In this document: positions 27,885 through 37,468 of the stretch, piece by piece | Layout of the letters: every line of letters begins with the position of its first letter | Position numbering within the stretch: the stretch's first letter is position 1 | From: Alphaproteobacteria bacterium | Lineage (GTDB): Bacteria; Pseudomonadota; Alphaproteobacteria; UBA828 | Length of the DNA: 64,000 nucleotides | Assembly: GCA_965220745.1 (NCBI GenBank) | Contig: CBDCQT010000012.1 | Span: 704,001-768,000, forward strand | Direction: 5' to 3' | Made by a program: the position numbers and the translations under genes | Notes under the pieces: generated by a model | Told to the model about the DNA's origin: nothing | The model's input: the letters and a program-made list of their open reading frames with translations, nothing else | The model's database searches: none

Positions 27885-29207
27885 TTACCAGTTCATGTAG
27901 GCCTGCACGGCTTCGTCCGGCACCAGCCCGGCGGCAACATCGCCGAGCGACTGGTCAATGATGGCGAGGCCCTCCTCGCACTCCGCATCGCTCAGGGTGA
28001 GCGGCGGCGTGATCTCCAGCACGTTCGCCTCAAGGCCCACGTAGATGAAGCTCGCGCCGAGCTCGTAGGCGCGGACGATCACCTTGGCCGTCGTGGTGGC
28101 CGGGACGGGCGTCCGGCTCTCCCGGTCATCCACCAGGTCGACTCCGATGGCGAGACCGCGCCCGCGCACGTCGCCGATCATCTCGTGCCGCTCGGCGAGC
28201 TTCCTTAGACCCTCTGCCAGCGCCGTGCCCACGCGCTCCGCACGGCTCGGAAGATCCTCGTCGAGCACGGTGCGGAGCACCGCGAGACCTGCGGCGGTGC
28301 AGACCGGATTGCCGCCCGTGGTCTGGATCGCGAAGGCGGGGCGGTGGTCCATGATTGAGGCGGGGCCGATCAGTGCGGACAGCGGCAGGCCGCCGCCGAG
28401 ACCCTTGCCGAGGACGACCATGTCGGGCTCCAGCCCCTCGTGGCTGAAGGCGTGCAGCGCTCCCGAGCGGCCCAGGCCGACCTTGACCTCGTCGAGGACG
28501 GTGAGGATGCCGTGGCGCCGGCAGCGCTCCTCCAGGGCCTTGAGGAAGCCTGCGGGCGGCACGATCAGGCCGCCGTCGGACATGATCGGCTCGATGAAGA
28601 TGGCCGCCACCTGTTCGGGAGGGCAGGTCGTCTCGAACTGGTAGTCCAGCATGTCGAGCACGTCGTCGGCGCTGAAGCGCGGCCGGTAGGGGTCGGGGTA
28701 GGGCAGCAGCACGAGGCCCGGCCGGGGCAGGGTGTGGGTCATCGCGGTGTGGCCCGAGATGCTCATCGAGCCCGCCACGCCGCCGTGATAGGAACCGATG
28801 AAGGAGATGAAGCGGTGGCGGCCGGTCGCCGCCTCAAGCACGCGGGAGGCCGCGTCGTTGGCGTCGGAGCCGGAGTGGCCGTACCAGACGCGCCGCTCGG
28901 CGTCTCCAGGCATCGTCTCTAGCAGCACCTCGGCGAGGGCGGTGGCCGACTCGTTCGGATACATCAGCAGACTCGCGCCCGCCATGTCGGCCATCGCCTT
29001 GGTCACGGCCTCGATCACGGCGGGATGGCCGTAGCCGAGGCTCGCCGCCGTCGCCGAGGCGGAGAGGTCGAGGATGGTGCGGCCGTCGTCGGCCGTGAGG
29101 TACGACCCGTGCCCGCCGCGCGCCGCCAGCGGGTTGAAGCGGAGCTTCTGAATGCCTGCGATCGCGGCGTCGTCACGCTCGCCGAGCGTCAGGTTCGAGT
29201 TCGCCAT
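27885..29207 (-). CDS. Alpha-amino-epsilon-caprolactam racemase-like PLP enzyme (class III aminotransferase fold)
   Basis: RDDAAIAGIQKLRFNPLA, GHSGSDAN, IEPIMSDGG (racemase Asp), DEVKVG (Lys where transaminases have Gln), LGKGLGGG, C-terminal Trp. Confidence 0.75.
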   Translation of the reverse strand: MANSNLTLGERDDAAIAGIQKLRFNPLAARGGHGSYLTADDGRTILDLSASATAASLGYGHPAVIEAVTKAMADMAGASLLMYPNESATALAEVLLETMPGDAERRVWYGHSGSDANDAASRVLEAATGRHRFISFIGSYHGGVAGSMSISGHTAMTHTLPRPGLVLLPYPDPYRPRFSADDVLDMLDYQFETTCPPEQVAAIFIEPIMSDGGLIVPPAGFLKALEERCRRHGILTVLDEVKVGLGRSGALHAFSHEGLEPDMVVLGKGLGGGLPLSALIGPASIMDHRPAFAIQTTGGNPVCTAAGLAVLRTVLDEDLPSRAERVGTALAEGLRKLAERHEMIGDVRGRGLAIGVDLVDDRESRTPVPATTTAKVIVRAYELGASFIYVGLEANVLEITPPLTLSDAECEEGLAIIDQSLGDVAAGLVPDEAVQAYMNW

Positions 29208-29273
29208 CACCAAGCCTCCATCGTTCCGCCCCCGCGTGGCCCGTGCCCCCGATTGCCGGCGGCGGACGCGGGC

Positions 29274-29999
29274 TCACGCCATGTGGGGCGCGAGCGCCTC
29301 GCGCAGCACCGGTGCCACCGCGTCGATCCCCGGCGTGTCGGAATGGATGCACACGGTCTCCGCCCGGATGGGCACGTCGACGCCTTCGACCGACGTGACC
29401 ATGCCCTCCTCGATGGCGCGCAGGGTGCGCCTGGCGGTCGCGGCCGGCTCGTAGGGCTCGTGCTCGCGCGTGATGATGAGGTTGCAGTCGCGGTCGTATT
29501 CCAGGTCGGCGTAGAACTCGGGCCACCAAGGCAGGCCGCGCCGGGTGTAGACGGTGTCGTGCATCGTGCCGCCCTGGCCGATCAGCGGCACGCCGAAGAC
29601 TTCGGCCGCATCGGCTGCGGCCTCGGCGCAATGCTCGTACTTCGAGGTCATACCGAAGAGCGCGCCATGGGGCTTGATGTGGTTGAGGGTGGAGCCGGCC
29701 GCCTTGAGGAATCCGCTGAGCGCGCCGACTTGGTAGATCAGCAGGTCGCGCAGCTCCTCCCGCTCCATCTGCATCTCGCGCCGCCCGAAACCCTGGCGGT
29801 CGGGGAGGGACGGGTGCGCGCCCACCTTGACCCCGTGCTCCAGCGCGAGGCGGACGGTCGCGTGCATCACTGTCGGGTCCGAGGCATGGAAGCCGCAGGC
29901 GACGTTGGCGATGCTGATGAACGGCATGATCCGCTCATCGTTGCCGAAGGTGTAGAGGCCGTACCCCTCGCCGATGTCGCAGTTGATGGTGACCGCCAT
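29274..29999 (-). CDS. pxpA: 5-oxoprolinase subunit A (LamB/YcsF family), copy 2
   Basis: INCDIGEGYG, NVACGFHASDP, GAHPSLPDRQGFGRREM, HIKPHGALF, CIHSDTP. Confidence 0.85.
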   Translation of the reverse strand: MAVTINCDIGEGYGLYTFGNDERIMPFISIANVACGFHASDPTVMHATVRLALEHGVKVGAHPSLPDRQGFGRREMQMEREELRDLLIYQVGALSGFLKAAGSTLNHIKPHGALFGMTSKYEHCAEAAADAAEVFGVPLIGQGGTMHDTVYTRRGLPWWPEFYADLEYDRDCNLIITREHEPYEPAATARRTLRAIEEGMVTSVEGVDVPIRAETVCIHSDTPGIDAVAPVLREALAPHMA

Positions 30000-30145
30000 G
30001 GCGTACTCCCACTTCGCTGTGGCGAGGAACACTGCACGGGCATGGGCAGGCAGTCAAAGCGGATCGGCGATCCGGCCGGGTGCCGTTGGTGCGCCCCATG
30101 CGGCGGGATAGACTGGCCGGGACCGGAAGGGCAGGGAGGCCGACC

Positions 30146-31540
30146 ATGGGCGACGGTTTCGTTCATCCTTATGTGCCGAATGCGGCGCCGGAGCCGCGGC
30201 GGAAGCTGCTGGACGCCATCGGCGTCGGCGACGTGACGGAGCTTTACGCCGCGATTCCGGAGGCGCTCAGGGTCAAGGGGCTGCTCGACCTACCGCCGGC
30301 GCTGCCCGGCGAACAGGACGTACGGCGGCACCTGGAGGAGATCGTCGCCCGCAACCAGCCCTGCACCGGGACCTGGCTCAACTTCTGCGGCGCCGGCTGC
30401 GCCCAGCACTACGTGCCGGCGATCGTGGACGAGATCGTCCATCGCGGCGAGTTTCTCACGGCCTACGGCGGCGGCACCTACTCGGACCACGGCAAGAACC
30501 AGGCGCTCTTCGAGTTTCAGAGCCTGATCGGCGAGCTGGTGGGCATGGAGGTGGTCTCGACCCCCGTCTACGACGCCGGTGCCGCGACCGGCAGCGCCGT
30601 GACCATGGCCTGCCGCATCACCGGTAGGCGCGGCGTGCTGGTGCCGGAGACCATGAGCGCCGACCGGCGCTCGCAGCTCATCGGCTTCGCCAAGCCCTTC
30701 GCGACCATCGAGACCGTGGCCCGCGATCCCGCAACTGGGCTGATCGACCTCGCCGACCTCCGCGCCAAGGTCTCGGCCGAGACTGCGGCCGTGGTGATCG
30801 AGAGTCCAGGCTATCTCGGACTGATCGAGACCCAGGCCGCGGCTATTGCCGATATCGCCCACGAGGCCGGCGCCATGCTGATCGCCGGCGTCGACCCCAT
30901 CTCCCTCGGTGTGCTCGCGGCGCCCGCCGACTACGGCGCAGACCTGGCGGTGGGCGACCTGCAGCCGCTCGGCATCCACATGTATGCGGGCGGCGGCAAC
31001 GGCGGCTTCATCGCGAGCCGGGACGAATCCCGCTTTGTCTCCGAGTATCCCTCAATTCTTTTCAGCATCGCGCCGGCGGTAGGGGGGGAGGGCTTCGGCT
31101 TCGCCTGGTCCACCATGGAGCGCACCTCCTACGACACCCGCCACGACGCCACCGACTACGCCGGCACGACCCAGTGGGTCTGGGGCATCGGGGTCGCGGT
31201 CTATCTCTCGCTCATGGGGCCGGAGGGCATGGCCGAGCTCGGCCGCGGCATCATGCAGCGCGCCTGCTATACGGCGGAGCGGATCGCGGCGCTCCCCGGC
31301 GTCGCGGTGCCGCACCTGGGACAGCCGTTCTTCAAGGAGTTCGTGGTCGATTTCTCCGGCACGGGCAAGACGGTCGCGGCCGTCAACGCCGCGCTGCTTG
31401 AGGCCGAGATTCACGGCGGCAAGGACCTGAGCGGCGAGTTCCCGGCGTTAGGCCAGTCGGCCCTCTATTGCGTGACCGAGCTGCACGGAGAGGCCGAGAT
31501 CGAGAGACTGGTCTCCGCGCTCGGGGAGGCGGTCCGATGA
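30146..31540 (+). CDS. gcvPA: Divergent glycine-decarboxylase P-protein subunit 1-like protein
   Basis: HPYVPN, FCGAGCAQHYVP, RGEFLTAY, ALFEFQSLI, GDLQPLG, LYCVTE. Confidence 0.8.
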   Translation: MGDGFVHPYVPNAAPEPRRKLLDAIGVGDVTELYAAIPEALRVKGLLDLPPALPGEQDVRRHLEEIVARNQPCTGTWLNFCGAGCAQHYVPAIVDEIVHRGEFLTAYGGGTYSDHGKNQALFEFQSLIGELVGMEVVSTPVYDAGAATGSAVTMACRITGRRGVLVPETMSADRRSQLIGFAKPFATIETVARDPATGLIDLADLRAKVSAETAAVVIESPGYLGLIETQAAAIADIAHEAGAMLIAGVDPISLGVLAAPADYGADLAVGDLQPLGIHMYAGGGNGGFIASRDESRFVSEYPSILFSIAPAVGGEGFGFAWSTMERTSYDTRHDATDYAGTTQWVWGIGVAVYLSLMGPEGMAELGRGIMQRACYTAERIAALPGVAVPHLGQPFFKEFVVDFSGTGKTVAAVNAALLEAEIHGGKDLSGEFPALGQSALYCVTELHGEAEIERLVSALGEAVR

Positions 31541-33135
31541 CAGACCGTATCGGAGGCGGCTTTCACGCCGCGCACTGGGACGAGCCCCTGATCGACGAAA
31601 TCCCTGGCGACGGCGGGCGGGGCCTGCTGCCGCCCAAGGTGGACGACGCCATCGCCGATGCCGTGGGCGATGTTGCCGCGGCGCTGCCCGAAGGCGTGCG
31701 CCGCGCCGCGCCGCCGGCGCTGCCCGCGCTGCCGCAGCACCGGGTGCTCCGGCACTTCCTGCGGCTCTCGCAGATGGCCATGGGCTTCGACGTGACCGTC
31801 GACATGATGGGCACCTGCACCATGAAATACAGCCCCAAGGTGCACGAATACGTCGCGCGGCTGCCCAGCTTCGCCGACGTCCACCCCCTGCAGGACCCGG
31901 AGACGCTGCAAGGCACGCTGGAGATCCTCTATCGCTTCAACCGCATGATGTGCGAGATCGCCGGCATGGATGCCTTCACCTTCCAGCCGGCGAGCGGGGC
32001 GCAGGGCATCTACACCAACGCCTGCCTGATCCGCGCCTATCACGCCGCGCGGGGCGAAGGCGGCACGCGGGACGAGATCATCACCACCGCCTTTTCGCAC
32101 CCAGCCGATGCGGCGACGCCGGCGGTGGCCGGTTTCAAGGTCATCACGCTCATGCCGGGCGAGATGGGCTTCGCCGAGGTCGATGCGCTGAAGGCCGCGG
32201 TCTCCGAGCGGACCGCCGGGCTGATGCTGACCAACCCCGAGGATACCGGGCAGTACAACCCCAACATCCGCGCGTTCGTGGACATCGTGCACGAGGCCGG
32301 CGGGCTCTGCGCCTACGACCAGGCCAACGGCAATCCGCTGCTGGGGGTCGTGCGCGCGGGCGACACCGGCTTCGACATGTGCCAGTTCAACCTGCACAAG
32401 ACCTTCTCCGCACCCCACGGCGCGCTCGGGCTGGGCTGCGCCGCGGTCGGCGTCAAGGCGCATCTGGAGCGGTTCCTGCCGCGCCCTCTCGTCACCTACG
32501 ACGGCGAGCGCTACGGCCTGGATTACGAGCAGGGCGACGGGATCGAGAAGATCCGCGCCTTCATCGGCAACGTGCACGCGGTGCTCAAGGCCTATGCCTG
32601 GGTGCGCAGCCTGGGCGCCGAGGGCCTGCGCGCGGTCGCCGAGACCGCGGTGCTCAACAACAACTACATGCTGCACCACATCCGGCAGATCGAGGGCACC
32701 ACCATCCCCTGGCCCAAGAACACCTATCCCAAGCTGGAGCAGGTGCGCTACAGCTGGGAGCCGCTCTACGAGGAGACCGGCGTCGCCAGCCACGACGTGC
32801 TGAACCGCATGGTCGATTTCGGCGTGCAGCACTACATGGAGAGCCACGTGCCGATGCTGGTGCCGCAGCCTTTCACCTTGGAGCCCGGCGAATCGCTGAC
32901 CATCGCGGAGATGGATCACGTGCTCGATGCGCTGCGGCGGATCGCCGAGGAGGCCCGCAACACGCCGGAGCACGTGACCGCGGCCCCGCACAGCGCCGCC
33001 ATCAGGCCCGTCGACGGCGATGTGCCGGAGGACCCGGACTGCTGGGCCTTCACCTCGCGGGCCTACCGGCGCAAGCGGGGCAACTGGGCCAACGTCAAGC
33101 GCGGCCTGGGCGGCCACGGCGGCGGCTACAGCTAG
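31537..33135 (+). CDS. gcvPB: Divergent glycine-decarboxylase P-protein subunit 2-like protein
   Basis: GTCTMKYSPK, FQPASGAQG, LMLTNPEDTG, FNLHKTFSAPHG (PLP Lys), AVLNNNY; ATGA coupling to gcvPA. Confidence 0.8.
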   Translation: MTDRIGGGFHAAHWDEPLIDEIPGDGGRGLLPPKVDDAIADAVGDVAAALPEGVRRAAPPALPALPQHRVLRHFLRLSQMAMGFDVTVDMMGTCTMKYSPKVHEYVARLPSFADVHPLQDPETLQGTLEILYRFNRMMCEIAGMDAFTFQPASGAQGIYTNACLIRAYHAARGEGGTRDEIITTAFSHPADAATPAVAGFKVITLMPGEMGFAEVDALKAAVSERTAGLMLTNPEDTGQYNPNIRAFVDIVHEAGGLCAYDQANGNPLLGVVRAGDTGFDMCQFNLHKTFSAPHGALGLGCAAVGVKAHLERFLPRPLVTYDGERYGLDYEQGDGIEKIRAFIGNVHAVLKAYAWVRSLGAEGLRAVAETAVLNNNYMLHHIRQIEGTTIPWPKNTYPKLEQVRYSWEPLYEETGVASHDVLNRMVDFGVQHYMESHVPMLVPQPFTLEPGESLTIAEMDHVLDALRRIAEEARNTPEHVTAAPHSAAIRPVDGDVPEDPDCWAFTSRAYRRKRGNWANVKRGLGGHGGGYS

Positions 33136-33145
33136 TCGGTGCGCC

Positions 33146-34267
33146 ATGGCCGGGCCAGCACTCGGCCTCATCGTCAACCCGATCGCCGGCATGGGCGGCA
33201 GCGTCGGGCTCAAGGGCACGGACACGGCGGCGATCCTGAGCGAGGCCCGCGCGCGCGGCGCGAGGCCGCAGGCAGCGACGCGGGCAGCGGTGGTTCTGGA
33301 TGCGCTTGCTGCGGCGCGGCCGGGACTGGAGCTGCTCGCGGCCCCCGGCGAGATGGGGGAGGGGATCGCGCGCGAGGTCGGTCTGCGCCCGTCGGTGGTC
33401 GGCGCGCCGGCCGAGAGCGAGACCAGCGCGGCGGACACGCGCGCGGCGGCCAAGGCGATGGCAGCCGCCGGTGCCCGGCTCATCGTCTTCGCCGGCGGCG
33501 ACGGCACCGCCCGCGACATGGCGGCCGCCGTGGGCGACCGGGTGCCGGTGATCGGCGTGCCGGCAGGCGTGAAGATGCACTCGGCGATCTACGCGACCAG
33601 CCCGCGCGCCGCCGCCGACCTCGCGCTGAGAGCGCTGGCCCAGGATATCGATGCGCGGCCGCGGGAGGTCATGGACATCGACGAGGAGGCGTTCCGGGCC
33701 GGCGCCGTCTCGGCGAAGCTTTACGGTTATCTTCCAGTGCCTTATGCGCCTGATCTGACGCAAAGCGTGAAGGCAGGCGGTGTCAGCAGCGACCGCGCGG
33801 CACTCGGTGGGATCGCCGCCGAGATTGCAGGCCGGATGGAGGCCGGGCGGCTCTACATTCTGGGGCCCGGCACCACCACGCGGGCAATCGCCGACGCGCT
33901 CGGACTGTCCAAGACCCTGCTCGGCGTCGACCTGGTGCGGGACGGGACTGTGATCGGTGCCGATGCGAGCGAGGAGGGCATTCTGCGCGCGCTGGCGGAG
34001 AGCCCGCCCGGCGGGATCGTGGTCACGCCCATCGGCGGCCAGGGGCATTTTCTCGGGCGCGGCAACCAGCAGATCGGCGCGCGCGTGGTGCGGGCGGTGG
34101 GTCTCGAACGGCTGCTGGTCGCGGCGACGCCCGAAAAGATCGCGTCGCTGCGTGACGGCACGCTGCACGTCGATACCGGCGATCCCGAGTTGGATCAGGC
34201 GTTCGCCGGCTGGCGCCGCGTCATCACCGGGCGCGGCAACGAGACGGTGTGCCGCGTGGCCGCTTGA
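33146..34267 (+). CDS. ATP-NAD kinase family (AcoX-like) protein
   Basis: LIVNPIAGMGGSVGLKGTD, FAGGDGTARD, GVPAGVKMHS, GGQGHFLGRGNQQ. Confidence 0.85.
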   Translation: MAGPALGLIVNPIAGMGGSVGLKGTDTAAILSEARARGARPQAATRAAVVLDALAAARPGLELLAAPGEMGEGIAREVGLRPSVVGAPAESETSAADTRAAAKAMAAAGARLIVFAGGDGTARDMAAAVGDRVPVIGVPAGVKMHSAIYATSPRAAADLALRALAQDIDARPREVMDIDEEAFRAGAVSAKLYGYLPVPYAPDLTQSVKAGGVSSDRAALGGIAAEIAGRMEAGRLYILGPGTTTRAIADALGLSKTLLGVDLVRDGTVIGADASEEGILRALAESPPGGIVVTPIGGQGHFLGRGNQQIGARVVRAVGLERLLVAATPEKIASLRDGTLHVDTGDPELDQAFAGWRRVITGRGNETVCRVAA

Positions 34268-34343
34268 GCCGCTTCCCGTCCCTTGAGCGGGCGGGGGGCT
34301 TCCCGCAGGATGGCGGCGCTCTGCCGGGGCGGGGAGTAGGGAG

Positions 34344-35354
34344 ATGACGGAACTTTCCTGGGGTGTGCTCGGCGCTTCGTTCTTCGCCGTCGAGCACATG
34401 ATTCCGGCGCTGCAGCAGTCTGCCGGCCTCCGCGTCCACGGCATCGCGAGCCGCGAGCTAGCCAAGGCCGAGGCGGTGGCCGAGCGCTTCGGCCTGGCCC
34501 AGGCCTATGGCGACTACGAGTCCATGTTGGCCGATCCCGCCATCGACGTGGTCTTCAACCCGCTGCCCAATCACCTTCACGTGCCCTGGTCGGCGAAGGC
34601 GGCGCGCGCCGGCAAGCACGTGCTCTGCGAGAAGCCCATCGCGCTCAGCGCGGACGAGGCGGTGCAGCTCATCGCCGTCCGCGACGAGACCGGCATGCAG
34701 ATTCAGGAGGCTTACGTCGTCACCCATCATCCGCAATGGAAGCGGGTGCGGGAGCTGGTGCGCGCGGGCCGCATCGGACCCGTGCGGGCGATCCAGGGCT
34801 GGGTCAGCTATTGGCTGGACGACCCCGAGAACATCCGCAACAAGCGGGAGATGGGGGGCGGCGGACTGCTCGACATCGGCGTCTATCCGCTGTTGACCGC
34901 GCGCTACGTGTTCGAGGCCGATCCGATCCGCGCCTTCGCCGCCATCGAGCGGCACCCGGAATGGGGGACGGATGTGCTGGCCAGCGCGGTGCTGCAGTTC
35001 CCCGCCGGCATTCTGAGCTTCACCTGCGGCACCCTGTCGGCGGTCCATCAGCACATGGCGATCCACGGCACCGAGGGGCGGATCGAGCTGCCCGATCCCT
35101 TCGCCCAGTCGCCGACCCGCGAGGCGCGCCTCTCGATCCTGGGTCCGCGCCAGATCTGGGAGCCGCTCAACGAGGAGGTCGAGACCCTGGAACGGGTCAA
35201 CCAGTACGTGCCGCAGGCCGAAGCGTTCTGCGCTGCGGTGCGGGGCGAGGCGCCGCCGGCGTTCCCGCTGGAGGAGTCGGTCAAGATGATGCGGGCGCTG
35301 GATGCGTTGGCGCGCTCGGGCGAGAGCGGCCGGTGGGAGGAGGTCGGCGCTTGA
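34344..35354 (+). CDS. Gfo/Idh/MocA-family oxidoreductase
   Basis: PLPNHLH, GKHVLCEKP, GGGGLLDIGVY. Confidence 0.88.
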   Translation: MTELSWGVLGASFFAVEHMIPALQQSAGLRVHGIASRELAKAEAVAERFGLAQAYGDYESMLADPAIDVVFNPLPNHLHVPWSAKAARAGKHVLCEKPIALSADEAVQLIAVRDETGMQIQEAYVVTHHPQWKRVRELVRAGRIGPVRAIQGWVSYWLDDPENIRNKREMGGGGLLDIGVYPLLTARYVFEADPIRAFAAIERHPEWGTDVLASAVLQFPAGILSFTCGTLSAVHQHMAIHGTEGRIELPDPFAQSPTREARLSILGPRQIWEPLNEEVETLERVNQYVPQAEAFCAAVRGEAPPAFPLEESVKMMRALDALARSGESGRWEEVGA

Positions 35355-35375
35355 GCGCCCGGTGCTGCGGGCTGC

Positions 35376-35397
35376 GGTCGCTGCCTCCGGCAGCGCG
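35376..35397 (+). repeat. 22-bp REP-like hairpin, intergenic copy
   Basis: GGTCGCTGCCTCCGGCAGCGCG is identical to 41834-41855; stem CGCTGCC/GGCAGCG. Confidence 0.6.
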
Positions 35398-35451
35398 AGG
35401 ACGCAGTCACTGCTATAACGGGCCGGAACCGATCGGGGCAGGGAAGGGGAC

Positions 35452-37431
35452 ATGACGACGGCACCGAGCGAGGCGCTCACGCTCTACGGCACCGAGCAGG
35501 AGGCGCCGCAAGCGCGGACCATCACCGCCGGCGCGCTCACGGCTGAGCTCGAGGCCGGCAAGCTGCGCTGGATCCGCTACGGCGGCGTGGAGGCGCTGCG
35601 CGGCCTTGCCTTCGTCGTGCGCGGCGGCGGCTGGGAGACCTATGCGCCGCAGATCGCCAACCTGGAGATCGAGGAGACGGACGGCGGCTTTCGCGTGGGC
35701 TACGACGGGCGCATCGACTCCGCCGACGGCGTGCTCACCTACCACGCTGACATCGTGGCGGAGAACGAGCGGAGCCTGGTCTTCACGGTCGAGTTCACGC
35801 CCGAGACCGAGTTCAGGACCAGCCGGACCGGCTTCGTCGTGCTGCACCCGGTGGAGGGCGTAGCGGGCGAGGCCTGCACCATCACCCACGGCGACGGCGC
35901 GGTGGAGGAGACCGCCTTCCCCGGCCTGATCAGCCCGTTTCAGCCCTTCTACGACATCGCCGCCATGCGCCACCGGGTCTCGCCGGGGGTCTGGCTCACC
36001 TGCCGCTTCGAAGGCGCCGACCCGTGGGAGACGGAGGACCAGCGCAACTGGACCGATGCCTCCTACAAGACTTACTACCGCCCGCTCGCGCTGCCCTTTC
36101 CTTATACGCTGGCTGCCGGCGAGACGCTGCGGCAGGTCGCGACGCTCAGCATCGAGGGGGGCTCGGCTGCGGTGGCGACCGGGGCAGGCGGCGACGATAC
36201 GGTGGAGATCGCCGTCGGCGGTGCGACCGGAACGCAGATGCCGGAGATCGGGCTCGGCGTTGCCAACCTGGAGCACGATCATCTCGACCACGGGCTCGAT
36301 CTGCTCAAGGCGCTCGGGCCGGGGCACATTGTCTGCGAATGCGACCCGCGCGACGCGCACGCCGCAGACGCGCTCTCCGCCGGCCGGGGCCTCGCCAAAG
36401 CCCTCGATGCCGAGGTGGTGCTGGAAATCACGGTGCCCTGCGAGCGGCCGGTGACGGACGAGCTGGCGCAGGCCGCCGAGATCGCGGGCCGCGCCGGGCT
36501 TTCGCCTGCTGCCATCGTGCCGGAGCAGGCGCGCCTCCTGAAGTTCACGCTGGAGAAGATCGCGGCCCTCGGCATCCCCGACTTCGACAAGGTCTACGGT
36601 GCGGCGCGCGCGGCGTTCCCCGGCGTGCGCCTGGGCGGCGGCGTCTTCACCAACTTCACGGAGCTTAATCGCAACTGCGCGACGCCCGACCTGTTCGACT
36701 TCCTGACCCACGCCACCTGCGCCGTGGTGCACGAGCCGGACGACCTCTCGGTGATCGAGACGCTGCAGACGTTGCCGGATATCGTCGCTTCGGCCAAGGC
36801 GCTGGCCGGCAGCAAGCCCTACCGTATCGCGCCGAGCGCCATCGGCATGCGCTTCAACCCCTATGGGCCTGACGTCCACCAGAACGGCGACAACGGGCGC
36901 TACTCCTTCAACCGCCAGGACCCGCGCCACCGCGCGCTGCTCGGCGCGGCCTTCACCCTGGGCTATGCGGCTCGGGTGGCGCCGCTCGGCCTGGAAGCGT
37001 TGGCGATCGGCCAGCCCTCCGGCGCGCTCGGCATGGTCTATCGCCGGACCGAGCACCCGCAGCCCTGGTTCGACGATCTCGACGGGCCGGCGGTGATGCC
37101 GCTCTATCACATCGTGACGGCGCTCGCGGCGGCGAAAGGGGCGGCAGTCCGCGCCGTGTCCAGCAGCGATGCGACGCAAGTGTTGGGGCTCGCCTGCGAG
37201 AACGGAGGCGGCACCCTGCTCTGGCTTGCCAACCTCACGCCGGCGCCCCAGACCGTGACCGTCTCCGGCCTCTCGGGCGGCACGGCCACCATCGGCCGGC
37301 TCGATGCGAGCAACTTCGTGGACGCTGTGACCGATCCGGCGGGCTTCGCTGCAAGCCCAGGCCAGCCGGGCGACCCCGGCCGCCTCGAATTGGCGCCGTT
37401 TGCCGTCTCGCGCATCCAGATCGGCGTCTAG
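35452..37431 (+). CDS. D-apionate lactonase (ApnL)-like protein
   Basis: LYGTE, GFVVLHP, WETEDQRNWTDASYKTY, LGGGVFTNFTELNR, IGMRFNPYG, DPRHRALLGAA. Confidence 0.65.
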   Translation: MTTAPSEALTLYGTEQEAPQARTITAGALTAELEAGKLRWIRYGGVEALRGLAFVVRGGGWETYAPQIANLEIEETDGGFRVGYDGRIDSADGVLTYHADIVAENERSLVFTVEFTPETEFRTSRTGFVVLHPVEGVAGEACTITHGDGAVEETAFPGLISPFQPFYDIAAMRHRVSPGVWLTCRFEGADPWETEDQRNWTDASYKTYYRPLALPFPYTLAAGETLRQVATLSIEGGSAAVATGAGGDDTVEIAVGGATGTQMPEIGLGVANLEHDHLDHGLDLLKALGPGHIVCECDPRDAHAADALSAGRGLAKALDAEVVLEITVPCERPVTDELAQAAEIAGRAGLSPAAIVPEQARLLKFTLEKIAALGIPDFDKVYGAARAAFPGVRLGGGVFTNFTELNRNCATPDLFDFLTHATCAVVHEPDDLSVIETLQTLPDIVASAKALAGSKPYRIAPSAIGMRFNPYGPDVHQNGDNGRYSFNRQDPRHRALLGAAFTLGYAARVAPLGLEALAIGQPSGALGMVYRRTEHPQPWFDDLDGPAVMPLYHIVTALAAAKGAAVRAVSSSDATQVLGLACENGGGTLLWLANLTPAPQTVTVSGLSGGTATIGRLDASNFVDAVTDPAGFAASPGQPGDPGRLELAPFAVSRIQIGV

Positions 37432-37468
37432 CCGACAAGTATTCCGACGGATCGAAAAAGGGAAGGAC

